A stretch of 64,000 nucleotides of DNA, taken from the NCBI RefSeq assembly GCF_009914755.1, contig NC_060943.1. One strand, 5' to 3'. A model generated the notes under the pieces. That model was not told the DNA's origin. It saw only the letters and a list, made by a program, of their open reading frames with translations, and ran no database searches. This document shows, in pieces, positions 1-20,021 of the stretch (its first letter is position 1; every line of letters starts with the position of its first letter). The position numbers and the translations under genes are program-made. Source of the stretch: the human T2T-CHM13v2.0 reference genome, Homo sapiens.

Positions 1-548
1 GTGCAAAGTCACGTCCTCAACTCAAGCGAAAAAGAGGACGTTATGTGCCACGAGCGACTTGGAAGGCCTCCTCCTGAAACACCGGGTGGTGGCTCAAAAG
101 CAGCCCCACTCCCCATGTTGCCTGAGTCAGATCTCAGGCTCAGAAAACAAAGGAAGCCCTCGTGCCCTAAAACACGGGCTGGCAGAAAGCAGAAAGCCTC
201 GCCAGCAGAGAGCATGCACTGGTCCGCCACACAAGCCTAGCATCATGGCCCTGACTCTAAAGCAGGGATCTGCAAAAAGTCCAGCCACACCCAGCCCACT
301 TCCCGCCTTGGCACAGCCCTTAGGATTTTCGAATTTCGGTGCCCATAAATAAGTACCAGCACACTGCCCGTAGCCCTGTGTTCTCAGGCTCTGCCCTCAG
401 CTAAGGATGAATTTTACGTTTTTAAATGGTTGGGGTAAAGTTTCTAAAGTGTATTCAATGACAAATTTTGACATGAGATACATCACTTACACACTGGATC
501 AAAACTCAGAGAACTATACAAATTAACAAAAACTATGAGCTATAGTGA

Positions 549-1196
<648 letters not shown>

Positions 1197-1217
1197 AATG
1201 AAAGATCTTACTAATGA

Positions 1218-1473
1218 GGCCAGGCGTGGTGGCTCACGCCTGTAATCCCAGCACTTTGATTATGGGATTGATTATGAGGTCAGGAGTTCGAGACCAGCTT
1301 GGCCAACATGGTAAAACCCTGTCTCTACTAAAAATACAAAAATTAGCTGGGCGCAGTGGTGGGTGCCTGTAATCCCAGCTACTCGGGAGGCTGCGGCTGC
1401 AGTAAGCCGAGATCACACCACTGCACTCCAGCCTGGGCAACAGAGCAAGACTCTGTATCAAAAGAAAAAAAAA
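1218..1473 (+). mobile_element. Alu with internal deletions
   Basis: GGCCAGGCGTGG start, A tail, TSD tactaatgag. Confidence 0.85.
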
Positions 1474-1689
1474 TCATACTAATGAGATTTTTAGTACACT
1501 CACTACAGGTGTAGTGTACACTCAGTACACCTGAGTGGAGGTGGGTGGGCGTATGAAACTCCACTACTCAATCTAAAGCTGTACTAAAAAGTCTGGTAAT
1601 TATAGAGAAAAAACACCTCGGATATACCCTCAGCTATTTACTCAGAATAACAAAAATATTTTGCCAAAATAGAGTATTCACTAACACGC

Positions 1690-1856
1690 AAAAATTAGGA
1701 ACTTCAAATTGTATTGTCTGTAAGTAACTACTGGCATTGTCCCATCCACTCTTTCACACATTTATGACTGCTTTCCTGCTACAGAGACTGTGGAGCCCAT
1801 AAAGCCACAAAGATATTCACTATCTGATCTTTTACACAAAGTTTGCTGACCCCTGG
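1690..1856. mobile_element. MER58-like hAT DNA transposon remnant
   Basis: Terminal aaagtttgctgacccctg resembles the MER58 end (from memory). Confidence 0.5.
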
Positions 1857-1952
1857 GCTACTACTCTCCCTTGACCCAAGTTCAGCTCTGCCATGCTAGG
1901 GCCTTGAGTTAGGGGAAGCCCACGCCTCACCCGCAAAGCAGAGCCCACTTAC

Positions 1953-1991
1953 CCTGGGTGTTGGCAGGTCCAGCACTCCACGCCCCGTAGC
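1953..1991 (-). CDS. AKAP8: AKAP8 exon 2 (GYGAWSAGPANTQG)
   Basis: ttcttgcag| acceptor, |gtaagt donor, 39 nt, phase 1-1, in frame with exon 1. Confidence 0.95.
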
Positions 1992-2413
1992 CTGCAAGAA
2001 GACCCCGTGAGTTAAAATTCTATTTGTCACACCAGAGAACGGGTCCTTTTGGGGGTACTCCTAAAGGGATCTCCTTACAGTTCAGTGCCAGCCTTAGAAG
2101 AAGGAAGACTCCCCCCCACCCCACCAAAAAAAAGCCATCACACAACTGGCTAATGGCGTCATCGCATTCCACCTGGCTGAGATCAAAGCAGAAAAAGAAG
2201 GGTGGGAAGTGGGCTTGGAAGTCAGCTCCGCCCTGCAGAGGGACCTTGGCCAAGGACCTCACCTCTCCAAGATTTCATCCACAACTGAGGCTAACACAAG
2301 ACAATCCACTCAGCATGAGGACACGTTCCCCCACCCACCACACAGCTAGGAAACCAGTTCAGAGTGCCATCACAAGTACTTCGTAACTGAAAACAAGCAT
2401 GGGAATTTAGTGA

Positions 2414-2744
<331 letters not shown>

Positions 2745-4689
2745 CTTCCTGCCACTTTTAAGGCCTCCACGGATCCCCTGGACCTTTAAGTCCCAGAGCC
2801 TTCGCCTGGCCCTAAGGCATCAGACAGCACTCTTCACCCCTCCACACCCCCCGCCCACTATGGCATCTGTCTGGTCCCTCCAGGAAGGAGAATGGGAACT
2901 GTGTTCTCTTTATTTCTGTGTCCCTGGGGCCCAGCACTGAGCTGCGCGCGGGTGGCCACCATGCCTGTTAAATGACTTCACTTTGATGAGGCAGGAACAT
3001 ATCCATGTCTCCCTCACCAGAACAACTCCCCCGCCCCCGGCTAAGTGCCTAGTGCGTGCCGATACACCGCAAGCACCCAGCAAACCCTGTTGTCCGGAAT
3101 GCCATTCAGAGACAAGGGAGCTAGGCTCATGGGTTACGAGACTTGACCCAGTCATACTGCTGAGTTTTGCCCTCTGCTATGCTACGCCTTCCCCTCCGTC
3201 ATACCGCAAAACCTTCTAAATTCGCATCCGTGCAGCAGAAAGGCAGACTGCAGATTCCAACAGCAAGTAACCAACCTCGAGAGACTGCTTCTCTGTGAAG
3301 CTCTAGTGTAAGTGGCACGCACTATTAACCTTAAAACGCTCCCGGAAACACAAGAAATCAGGGAAGCTTAACTATCTCCAGTGTGTCTGAAAGGTTTTCG
3401 GCAGGTAGGAAGAGGGGGTAAAAAAAACCTCTCCAAACTAAGAATGAAAAGAAGGAATACAATACCTGCAGAAAAGATCTGATGGGAAAGAAGGGAAAGA
3501 ATGGTGAAATCTACCCAGGCTGCGGAAGACCAGGAGAGCCAGGCTGAGCCTTCGCTAGGACCCGGAAGACACCAAAGCACACCGCGCACGCTGCCGCCTC
3601 AGGACCGAAACCTCTCTCTGCAATTTCTGGTGCTGGGATACTTTTGCCCTGCCACTTCTCAAGATCGACAACTTCTCGAGCTCCTGCAGCCAGGATCAGA
3701 CCACTAGCTTCTCTACAACCAGTCGAGCTCCACCCAGCATGTCCCAACTATCCCCTGTGGGCAAACTTTGCTCCCAAAAGGCTCTGATTCCAGAAGCAGG
3801 GAGCAGGCAGCTCGAGAAGATCGGCCCTACTGCAGGCCAAGCGCTAAATCCTAGTGGGGAAAGGACACGTTCCCTCCTGCACAGCCCCTCGGCCCCTCCA
3901 GGCCACCACAACAGACTGCCTAAAGGAGAACTGCCAATGTCACCAGCCCCAGGGCACATCAGGTTTCCAGCTTTATACGAACACTCAGCATCTGCCCCTC
4001 ACCATCCTGTCCCAAGCCAGCACGCGCCGGGTACAGAGCTGGAGCCCGGCGAGGCTGACTCTCGCGCCGGCAGCACTCGGCCCCACCGCGCTGCACCGGG
4101 GACTAAAGGCCCGACCCCGCGCAGCCCGACGGCTTCCGGGACAGGCGCCCTGGGCCACGTGAGCCCAGCGGAGACCCTACACGGCCCCGCGGGCCTAGGG
4201 CAGGTCGGGAGAGAGGCGGCCCCCGCGGTCCGCCCGCGGCCCCAGACCCAGCTCCCCGGGTCCGACCTCACAACCCCACGCTGTAGCTCCGCCCCCCTAG
4301 CGCCGCCATTTTGTGGCGTCTTCGGAAGAGGAAGCCGGGAGTGCAAACCCCGGGGTCGCTGGGGGCCGGAAGGACTCCGCCGAAGGTGAGGGGCAAAAAC
4401 GGCCCACACTGTCTAAGACGCCCCCACGAAGCCCACCGCGGCGTCTGCCCCAACCCCGAGTCCCGCCCGCCTCCTCGGGGCCTGGCGGCCAATCCGCACG
4501 CAGAGCCCCGGGAGCGACGGCGCCAAAGCCCAATGAGCGGCGCGCGCGCGCCCTGGCCGCCTCTCCGGAGGGCCCAGCTGGGGCAACCACGCTCGGGACG
4601 AAGGCCCGGCCGGCGGCAGTCTGCGCAGCGGCTGCGTCGCCCGCACAGAGCCTTCCCTCCCCGCTCCGCACCCAGCAGCCAACACAAAC

Positions 4690-4708
4690 CTCCGTAGCCC
4701 TGGTCCAT
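4690..4708 (-). CDS. AKAP8: AKAP8 exon 1 coding part (MDQGYG-G)
   Basis: ATG at 4708-4706; donor G|GTTTGT at 4689; phase 1. Confidence 0.95.
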
Positions 4709-5040
4709 GTCTTCGACGCGGCCCACCAGCAGCCCCGTTTACTAGGCGACCACAGCACGCATGCGTTCAGCGCACCTCCGCCATCGACTACTGGAAGACC
4801 AGGCGCACACGTCACTACTTCCGCGCGCCCCCATTGGCTGGTCTTCACGAGGGCCCGCCCTCGCCGTCCCAGCTGGCCTTTCGGGCTGCTACGATCCAGC
4901 TCCGTGGCCTAATGGGAGTTGTGGTCCCACCGCGGTGCCCGACGGCCCGGCCCGCGCGCATGCGCACCCCGCCCCTCTGCCCACCCCGCCCCGCCCGCGC
5001 GGCACAGTAACAGAGAAACCCGGAGGTGGGATGGGAAAAC

Positions 5041-5046
5041 TTTATT
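5041..5046 (-). terminator. AKAP8L: AKAP8L polyadenylation signal AATAAA
   Basis: tttatt on plus strand, 53 nt after stop; U/GU-rich sequence downstream. Confidence 0.85.
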
Positions 5047-5098
5047 AGGTTTGGTTTCCAGCTTCGGCCACGCGGGCTCCGCCCGCCCCGAGCTCGGG

Positions 5099-5407
5099 TC
5101 ACGGGGCGCCCCCGCCGCCCTCCTCGTCGTCCTCCACGTCGAGGCCCGGGATGCCGCGGATCTGGCGTTGCAGCGCCCCTCCCAGCAAGGGCACGGCGCC
5201 CTCCTCCTCCTCCTCTGGGGGCGGCGGCGGTGGCGGCGACACGGCCCCGGGGGCTGGCTCTGGGGGCACGGGAGGCTGCGCCGGCACGCCCTCTGCGCCC
5301 TCCGAGATCCCTGCCGCTTCGCCCTGCGCCCCCTCGTCCAGGGCACCGCCCTCAGCCTCCTCCTGCTCCTTCTCCTCCTCGGGGCTGTCGGTGAAAGGGT
5401 TCTCGCC
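5099..5407 (-). CDS. AKAP8L: AKAP8L exon 14 (GENPFTDS...GGGGAP*)
   Basis: cacag| acceptor at 5408; TGA 5101-5099; acidic/Pro-rich tail. Confidence 0.96.
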   Translation of the reverse strand, partial: GENPFTDSPEEEKEQEEAEGGALDEGAQGEAAGISEGAEGVPAQPPVPPEPAPGAVSPPPPPPPEEEEEGAVPLLGGALQRQIRGIPGLDVEDDEEGGGGAP

Positions 5408-5493
5408 CTGTGGGGAGGGGCGCGGACACTGAAGGGAGGGAGCACAGGCGGGGACTAAGCTGGGGACAGGGCAGGCCCGGACCAGTGCCTCAC

Positions 5494-5589
5494 CTTCAGG
5501 TAGCGCTCCAGCTTCTTGCTGATGAGCTTGTTGTTGAGAATACTGCGGGCCACCATGAGGGAGGACTTCTTGGACTGCTCCATCATGAG
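5494..5589 (-). CDS. AKAP8L: AKAP8L exon 13 (LMMEQSKK...RYLK)
   Basis: cgcag| and |gtgagg, 96 nt, phase 0-0. Confidence 0.96.
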
Positions 5590-7183
5590 CTGCGGGCAGG
5601 GCAGAAGGAGCTGGAGAGGCTGCTCTGAGTGCCCTACAAGTTGCTGCCCCGACCCTGCCAGCTTAGAGGGACCCCACCCCGCCCCTGCACCCACGCACTT
5701 CCAGCCCCACCAACGGAGGGCCACTCCACAAGCATGGAACCACAACCTATCTGATCTTTGTTCAAATTCCCTCTCCTTCCACACCACACTTACTGTAGGT
5801 AAATAAAAATACAGATCTATATATCTCTAACTTTACGGCTGTATTACAGAAATCTGATTTGCTTACAAAAAAGCTATAAGCAGTGAACAATTAAGAAACT
5901 AAGAGCCAAAGGTGGGTGCAACCTGTAACAAGGTGCCAACTAGGCTAATAGGCAAGGAGCACTTTGGGGCCAACGGGGAAGATATAAAAACAGGAACAGA
6001 TATTTAATGAAACGTCTTTTTTAACCCACAGAATTCCAAGAATGAAGAATTATTCCCAGTCATGCAAGGGTGAAGAGAGTCTTCTCTGCTGGTGGGAGGA
6101 TCAACTGTTTCCGTATTTTTTGGAAAGCAGTTTGACACAATGTATGAAAAGTAAAAATCTGTCTCATTAATCCCTTCCCAGAACGTATCCTAAATTTAAG
6201 AACTGGAAACATGCGTGCACACTGATTGTAGTGGTGAAAAATGGGAAAACACCTAAACGTTCCTCAGTGCAGAAGAGGTTAAATAAATCGTACATTCAAA
6301 AGAACATCATGCAGCCCTTCAAATCGGGCTCATCTCTGCACTGGCATAAGAAAGGTGTATAATATAGTACTGTCTGCAGAGCATGCCAGAGCCATTTTGT
6401 CTGGAAGGATTTCCATCAATATGCTGGGCCATCTCATGGTGGGAGTACAGGCAAATCTCACTTTGATCATTATAAAAACCATAAGGTAAAAGAAGGATAT
6501 TTTTGGTGGGGTGGGAGAGCCCATTGAGTCCTTCCCACTCCATTTACATGTTTCAGAAAGCCTTCTCACTTGCTGTTTCTACTCTCTCCATCTTCATTTT
6601 TTTTTTTCCTTAGCACGTTTTCTCTACTACTGGAGGAAAATATTAACAGACATCATACATGCTCACAATAAACTAAAGATACACAATTAGGATACTACTA
6701 TAGACCGTTCCCCCAGTGACTCTCACTTGCCAACAGTTTATCCTCCTGGTTCTAGATGCCCAGATAACCACACCATAAATTCTCCCAAGTGAGGCACATT
6801 TATGTTGCTTCCAGATCTTCTCCACAATAACCCAGCAACACTAGAATAAACTTGTACACTTCCATGCTGGTGCTTTTCATTCTAACCAGGTTTGGTTTCA
6901 AAGTGATAGTGCCCAATTAACTGCAGAACATTTGCAAGTCATGCTTCTTCCACCTGTGTTAAAACAATGACCTGGTCCTCCTGCCTGCCCATCAGCACTG
7001 GATGTTGTCACTGCTGGGTATTTTTGCTGTGGATAAAAGACAGAAGAATCTGTGCTGCTGCCTCCCACGGCATTTCCCTGCCCACCGGCGAGTGAGTGCT
7101 CTGGTAAGCACACTGGAACACCCGCCCACAGTTTATAATTTTCTAACTATTTTCTGATCTTGGTTTTCATTTTTCACATTTAA

Positions 7184-7478
7184 ATTTTTTTTTTTTTTTT
7201 TTAGACAGTCTCGCTCTGTCGCCCAGGCTGGAGTGCAGGGGCTCTCAGTTCACTGCAACCTCCGCCTCCCAGGTTTAGGCAATTCTCATGCCTCAGCCTC
7301 CTGAGTAGCTAGGACTACGGGCACGCACCACCACACCCAGCTACTTTTTTGTATTTTTAGTAGATACAGGGTTTTCCTATGTTGCCCAGACTGGTCTTGA
7401 GCTCCTGAGCTCAGGACCTCCACCCATCTCGGCTTCCCAAAGTGCTGTGATTACAGGCGTGAGCCACCACGCCCAGCC
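7184..7478 (-). mobile_element. Alu
   Basis: Reverse Alu with poly-T. Confidence 0.9.
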
Positions 7479-7498
7479 AAATTTTCTAGAATTTGATA

Positions 7499-7891
7499 CA
7501 GATTGAGTATCCCTTATTCAAAGTGCTTATGACCAGAAGTCTTTCAGATTTTGATTTGCATTATACTTACCAGTTGAGCATCCCTACTCCAAAAACCCAA
7601 AATCTGAAATGCTTCAATGAGCATTTACTTTGTCATGTCTGTGCTGAAAAAGTCAGATTTTACTGGGCACAGTGTCTCGTGCCTGTAGTCTCAGCTACTC
7701 TCATGAGGCTGATGCAGGAGGATTGCTCAAGTTCAGGAGTTCAAGGCTATAGTGTGCAATGATTTCACTTGCGACCAGCCACTGCACTCCATCCTGCACA
7801 ACATGGCAAGACTCAATTCTTTTTTCTTAAAGAAAAAGGTTTTGGATTTCGGAGCATTTCGGATTTTCAGATGACGGATGAACTCAATCTG
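7499..7891. mobile_element. Tigger4a/MER46A-like DNA transposon interrupted by a FAM-like Alu monomer (~7663-7830)
   Basis: TIRs cagattgag...ctcaatctg flanked by TA. Confidence 0.7.
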
Positions 7892-7977
7892 TATATGTTA
7901 TGAGGTAGAGGGTCCAAAATTTTCTTTTCCAGAAATGTACAAAACACACCATTTATTTCCCTACCAAATTGGCATAT

Positions 7978-8545
7978 AGGTCTACCATCCCTTATCTATA
8001 AACTGGAAATCCAAAAGGCTCTAGAAAACAAGTCTTCCCCCAAAATTCATTTGGTGGCTAAATGTGAACTGACATTACATTTTTCATTTATATGTAAGTC
8101 ATGTGAAGAATTATTTGTGACTCAACTACAAGGCGCTTTCCCCAGATCCTGTTGGAGAGGTTAGTGCTAATACCATATTGTCTTTCTTTTTATTTTATTT
8201 TAGAGATAGGAGTCTCACTCTGTTGCCCAGGCTGCACTGCCATTGTGTGATCACGGCTCACTGCAGCCTCAAACTCCTGGGCTCAAGTGATCTTCCCATG
8301 CTAGCCTCTTGAGTAGCTGGGACTATAGGCACTCACCACCATGCTTGGCTAATTTTTTATTTTTTGTAGAGACGAGATCTCACTATGGTCAGGAACTCCT
8401 GGGCTCAAGCAATCCCACCTAAGCCTCCCAAAGTGCTGGGATTGCAGGTGTGAGCCACTGCCCCCAGCCTTGCATATTGGTTTTCTGAAGCTGAAAAATT
8501 AATTCTGAGGCTTCTGGCCCTAAGGTTTCAGATAAAATATCTGTA
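7978..8545 (+). mobile_element. MER46C-like remnant interrupted by a reverse AluJ (8183-8469)
   Basis: cccttatc...ctcatttggtggc-like motifs and ctggccctaaggtttcagataa end. Confidence 0.55.
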
Positions 8546-8902
8546 CTAACTTTAACAAATTACTAAGTCTGAAATATACTGAGATCTTTTGCTAGACTCT
8601 CTATTCTGGTTCCACTGTTTCATTACTGTGCTAATTATCACTTTTTTTGTTTTTTAATTGCAGCAGCTTTGTAGTAAGTTTTAGTATTTCTGAAATCAAT
8701 CTCTCAGCTATTGTTAGACTGAATTTTACACTGTAAAACTTTAAAATAATTTCATTTCATTCAGTCCTACTCCCCGACTGATATTTTTGACTAGAAATGT
8801 GCTGTCTATATTAATTTGGAGAGAACTGGTTTTTGTTTTGTTTCACTATTAAATTGCCTATTTAAGAACACAGAACATTCCTCCATTCATTAAGGTCTAT
8901 TT

Positions 8903-9574
<672 letters not shown>

Positions 9575-9665
9575 CCTCAAGTCTTTCTTCTTAAATCTGT
9601 ATTCTTAGCTATTTCATACATTGTGTGGTTATTTTAAGTAGTTTTTTTTCTATTTAAATTTCTAA

Positions 9666-10454
<789 letters not shown>

Positions 10455-10569
10455 AACTGTTGCTAGATTTCTTAGGGAACCATCCCTCCATTCCAGAAAC
10501 AAACCTTACTTATAATGTATCATACATAGGGATCACTACTAGATTGATAGTTACTAATATTTTATTTAG

Positions 10570-11187
<618 letters not shown>

Positions 11188-11481
11188 AATCCAGCCCACT
11201 TTCATATCTTTAATAATAGTAAACTAATCTACAGTTTCATTTTGGCATCATCTTTATCAGAATTTTGGAATTAAGGTTTAAGAAGCTTCCTAAATATTGA
11301 GAGGACAGACTCTAGCATAGCAGTCTGAGGCGTTCCCTGGAACACTCCCTAGTGAAACTGATGAAAAGTATTAAAAAACAACCATTTAAAGTCTCTGAAA
11401 ATGTTCCTAAGGACATACAGCCCTATGAGAAAGATTTAATGAGGAAAAGCTACTAAAACTCAGTTCCATGAAGAGTTGTGA

Positions 11482-12000
<519 letters not shown>

Positions 12001-12627
12001 TAGCTGAGAGAGAACGGTTCCTATCTTCTACCCAGCCACACGCACGTGGAATGGAGGCTTGACCCTGGGCATGGCACACTAAGAATATAAGGGCTCACAT
12101 ACCCATGGCTTGTTCATAAAGCAGAGGTCCCATGCCAGGAAAGGCAAACCAAGACCGGAGGCTACAGCCTACTGTACCTCCTCCCATGTCTCTCCTAAAG
12201 TGGCAGAGTCACTCAGAGAGAGGTACTCCATTGTCTCCATCCCCAGAGCCTTGGCTCAGAGATTCTGCCCACAGTGAGAGCACGGCCTTAAATCAGTAAA
12301 CTCCCAATCTCAAAGGAACTGACTGACTTCACTGGCAAGAGTGTTGGGAAGTGCAAGACTAGGGCCTCTCTCAAAAACAATGGAGACTAGGGAGGAAAAA
12401 AATTAAAAGGACATTGATAGCTTTTTTTTTTCTTTCTGAATATTTATTGGAGTTAAACACTGATAGCTTTGTCCTTTTTTTTTTCCCCCACCACACAGCC
12501 ATAAAAAAGAAGGACCGGTAGATTTGACAGTGATATTAGCTAACCCATAGGCTAACTAGGTTACCAAAGAGGACAAGGACCAGTGAAATAGCTAAGAACA
12601 GACTCCCTGGGTTCAGAATAAATCTCA

Positions 12628-13016
<389 letters not shown>

Positions 13017-13609
13017 CTATGCCCCAAAACATTGTTGAAAACAATAAAGCAATCAGCCAGCAATTGGTAGAGTTTAACAGCTGAGTATGGTCTGGGAAAA
13101 AGAGCGAGCCCATGGCTTCCTCCCTCCAAGACACACCACCAGTTTCATACTGTGTGAGAATGAAAGAGACCTAACTAAAAAAATCTAGCAAGTCACTAAA
13201 CAAATAGACAAGCAAATACAGTAACAAGACCCTGGGAGGGTGGGTGGGGGATCAGTGCCCAGAGTTGCCACAACAAATTATCTAAGATGTCTAGTTAACA
13301 GTGAAAAATTATGAGACATCCAAAGGAAACTGACCCAGGCACAGATGAAAAAGCAGACAATAGAAACTTCCTGTGACAGTGAACAGATGTCAAATTCAAC
13401 AAACATTTTAAAGTAGCAATTGTAAATAGGTTTAAAGAAAACTCAAGTAGAAGAAGGTATAATGACACTGTCTCATGAAACAATTTAAACACAGAGATAG
13501 AAATGATAATAATAAAATGGTAAATCTTAGAGCTGAAAAGTACAATAACGGACACCAAAAATCCATTTGAAGGACTCAACAGATTTGAACTTAAGAATTA
13601 GTGAACTTG

Positions 13610-14226
<617 letters not shown>

Positions 14227-14466
14227 GAATTAGTGAACTTGTGTATCAAAAGAGATTATACAATCTGCAGAACAGAGGGAAAAAAATGAGGTAAAATGAA
14301 CAGTCTCAGACAACCATGGCACACTATTAAGTGATCCAACATACGGGTAATGAGCATTAGAAGAGGAAAGAGAGAAAGGAGTAGGAAAACAAAATACTTG
14401 AAGAAACAATGGCTGAAAGCTTTGGAAGGTTGATGAAACCTGTAATCTATACATCAAAGCAGCTCA

Positions 14467-15415
<949 letters not shown>

Positions 15416-16154
15416 CTAGTTAACAAAAGCCAGGCCTAGATGGCTTCATAAGCAAATTCTAAGAAGCACTTGAAGAATTAATACTAGTATATACTAGTTC
15501 TTCACAAACTCTTCCAAGAAACCAGAAAAGGAAGAAAAATGACAACTGTATGAGGCCAGTATTAATTAACCTGATACCCAAACCAGACAAATATATCACC
15601 AAAACACTACAGACTATTATCTTTTATGAATATAGATGCAAAAATTCTCAACAAAATAGCAGCAAAACCAATCTAATATATAAACATAATTACACACTAT
15701 GACCAAGCAGGATATATCCCAGGGACACAAGGGTGTTTTATATCCAAATAAAATAATCTAACATACTGTAACAACACAATTAAAGACAAAAGCCACATGA
15801 TCACCTCAACAGAGGCAGAAAAAGCATTTGACAAAGTCCAACACCATTTTAAGATAAAACACTTAACAGGACTAGAAGGGAACGTCTTCAACTCAATCAA
15901 GGGCACCTATGAAAAACCCACAGCTGACATCACACTTAATGGTAAAGACTGGTGCTTTCCCTGTAAGATCAGAAAGATGAGGACATCCATTCTCACCACT
16001 TCTATTCAATACTGTATTGGAGGTTCTAACCAGGGCAATTAGGTAAGAAAAAGAAATAAAGTGCATCTAGATTGGAAAGGAGAAGTAAAACTAACTCTAT
16101 TTGCAGATGACTGATGTTGTACAAAGAAACCCCTAAGAAATCCACTAAAAACTA

Positions 16155-17902
<1,748 letters not shown>

Positions 17903-18626
17903 ACAATAAAGAACAAAGCTTACACCCTGAAAACTACAAAACCTTTGAAAGAAATTAATTCATTTACTAGATCTCAGTAAATAAAAAGACATCCCATATT
18001 CATGGATTAGAAGACTTAATAGCTATGGTCAACTGACTTTCAACAAAGATGCCAAGATCATTCAATGGGGGGAAAACAGTCTCTTTCATTTCTTTTTCAA
18101 ATGGTGCCGGAACAACTTAATATCTAGATGCAAAAAATAAAGTTAGAACCTTACCTCATACGATATAAATAAATTAACTCAAATGGAACAAAGACCTAAC
18201 TGCAAAAGCTAAAACCATAAAATTCTTAGAAGAAAACACACGGGTAAATCTTCGTGACCTTGGATTTATCAATAGATTCTTAGTTATGACACCCAAAGCA
18301 TAAGCAATAAAAGAAAATTGGACTTTATAAAAATTAAAACTATTGTGCTACAAAGGACACATCAAGAAGGTGAAAAAACCCACAGAATGGGTGAAAATAT
18401 TTGTAACTCATATCAAATATGGGACTTTACAAAAAGAACTCTACAAAAGACAACACAATTAAAAAATGCACAAAGAACTTGAATAGACATTTCTCCAAAG
18501 ATACAAAAATGGCCAACCAGCCCATGAAAAGATGCCATTAGTCAGTTATCAGGGCTACACAAATCAAAACCACAATGAGATACTACTTCCCACCCACTAG
18601 GATGACTAGATCAAAAAGTCAGAAAA

Positions 18627-18910
<284 letters not shown>

Positions 18911-19549
18911 GTCAGAAACTAAGTGTTGGTGAGTATGTGAAAAAATCAGGACCCTTATATGTTGCTGGTGGAAATGTAAAATGGTGCACAGTCACTTTGG
19001 AAAATAGTCTCACAAGTTAAAGTGTTATTATTTGATCAAGACATTCCAGTCCTAGTCATATACTCAAGAAAAATGAAAACATATGTCCACATAAAAACTT
19101 GCACAATAATGTTTCTAAGAGCATTATTCATAATAGCCAAAAGGTGAAAACAACCCAAACACCCAAAAAGATAAATAAACAAAATGTGCCACATCTATCT
19201 ACACAATGGAATAATATGAAGCCATATGAAGGAATGAAGTTCTGATACATGCTACAATGTGGCTGGACCCCAAAAACATCATGCTTAGTGAAAGAAGCCA
19301 ATCACAGAAGACCACATATTATGTGATTCTGTTTATATGAAGTGTCTAGAATAAGCAAATAGAGAGAGATAGATTAGTAGCTGCCTAAGGCTGGAGGAGG
19401 ACAAGAGGTTGGGGGGGCTGATAGCTAAAGGGTTTCTTTTTAAGGTGATGAAAATATTCTGTAATCGACTGGTTGATGACTGCAGAATTCTGTGAATACG
19501 TGAAAAACCAATGAATTGGTTTTTTTTTTCATTTGTTTGGTTTTTTTAG

Positions 19550-19705
<156 letters not shown>

Positions 19706-20021
19706 TGAATTGTATACTTTAAATGCGTGAATTGTACAGTATGTGATTCTATCTCAGTAAAGCTGTTACCAAAGATAACAATAATTAGAAGCTTTCCATT
19801 AATCTCTACAGTCTAGAATTCTAAAAAATACAGTATTTAGACTGTATTCAAATTATCTCTGTAAACCAATGACTTCTGGTGCCTTCTAAATATCTTTCAT
19901 CATCCTTCCAAACCTCTCTACGGTTACCAGCTGCTATGGCTTGTTCTTTTTTTTTTTTTAACTTCTTTTAGGATCAAGTTTGAGTTTATATTTTGCTATC
20001 ACCTCTCCCGTATTTTCCAAC

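Larger units (their letters stand above)
3990..5700. promoter_or_regulatory. CpG island: AKAP8 promoter overlapping AKAP8L last exons
   Basis: Dense CpG; CACGTCAC (ATF/E-box-like) ~4808, ACTTCCG (ETS) 4817-4823, ATTGG ~4833, ZNF143-like ACCACAACTCCCA (minus) ~4913-4925, NRF1 GCGCATGCGC 4956-4965, YY1 CGCCATTTTG 4304. Confidence 0.85.

Noticed and set aside
3739-5458. Overlapping 130-216 aa ORFs on both strands
   Set aside because: Expected in a stop-poor CpG island; no recognisable domains apart from the true AKAP8/AKAP8L exons.
15797-16042. ORF resembling reverse transcriptase (EAEKAFDK)
   Set aside because: Decayed L1 ORF2 fragment with frameshifts, stops and Alu insertions.
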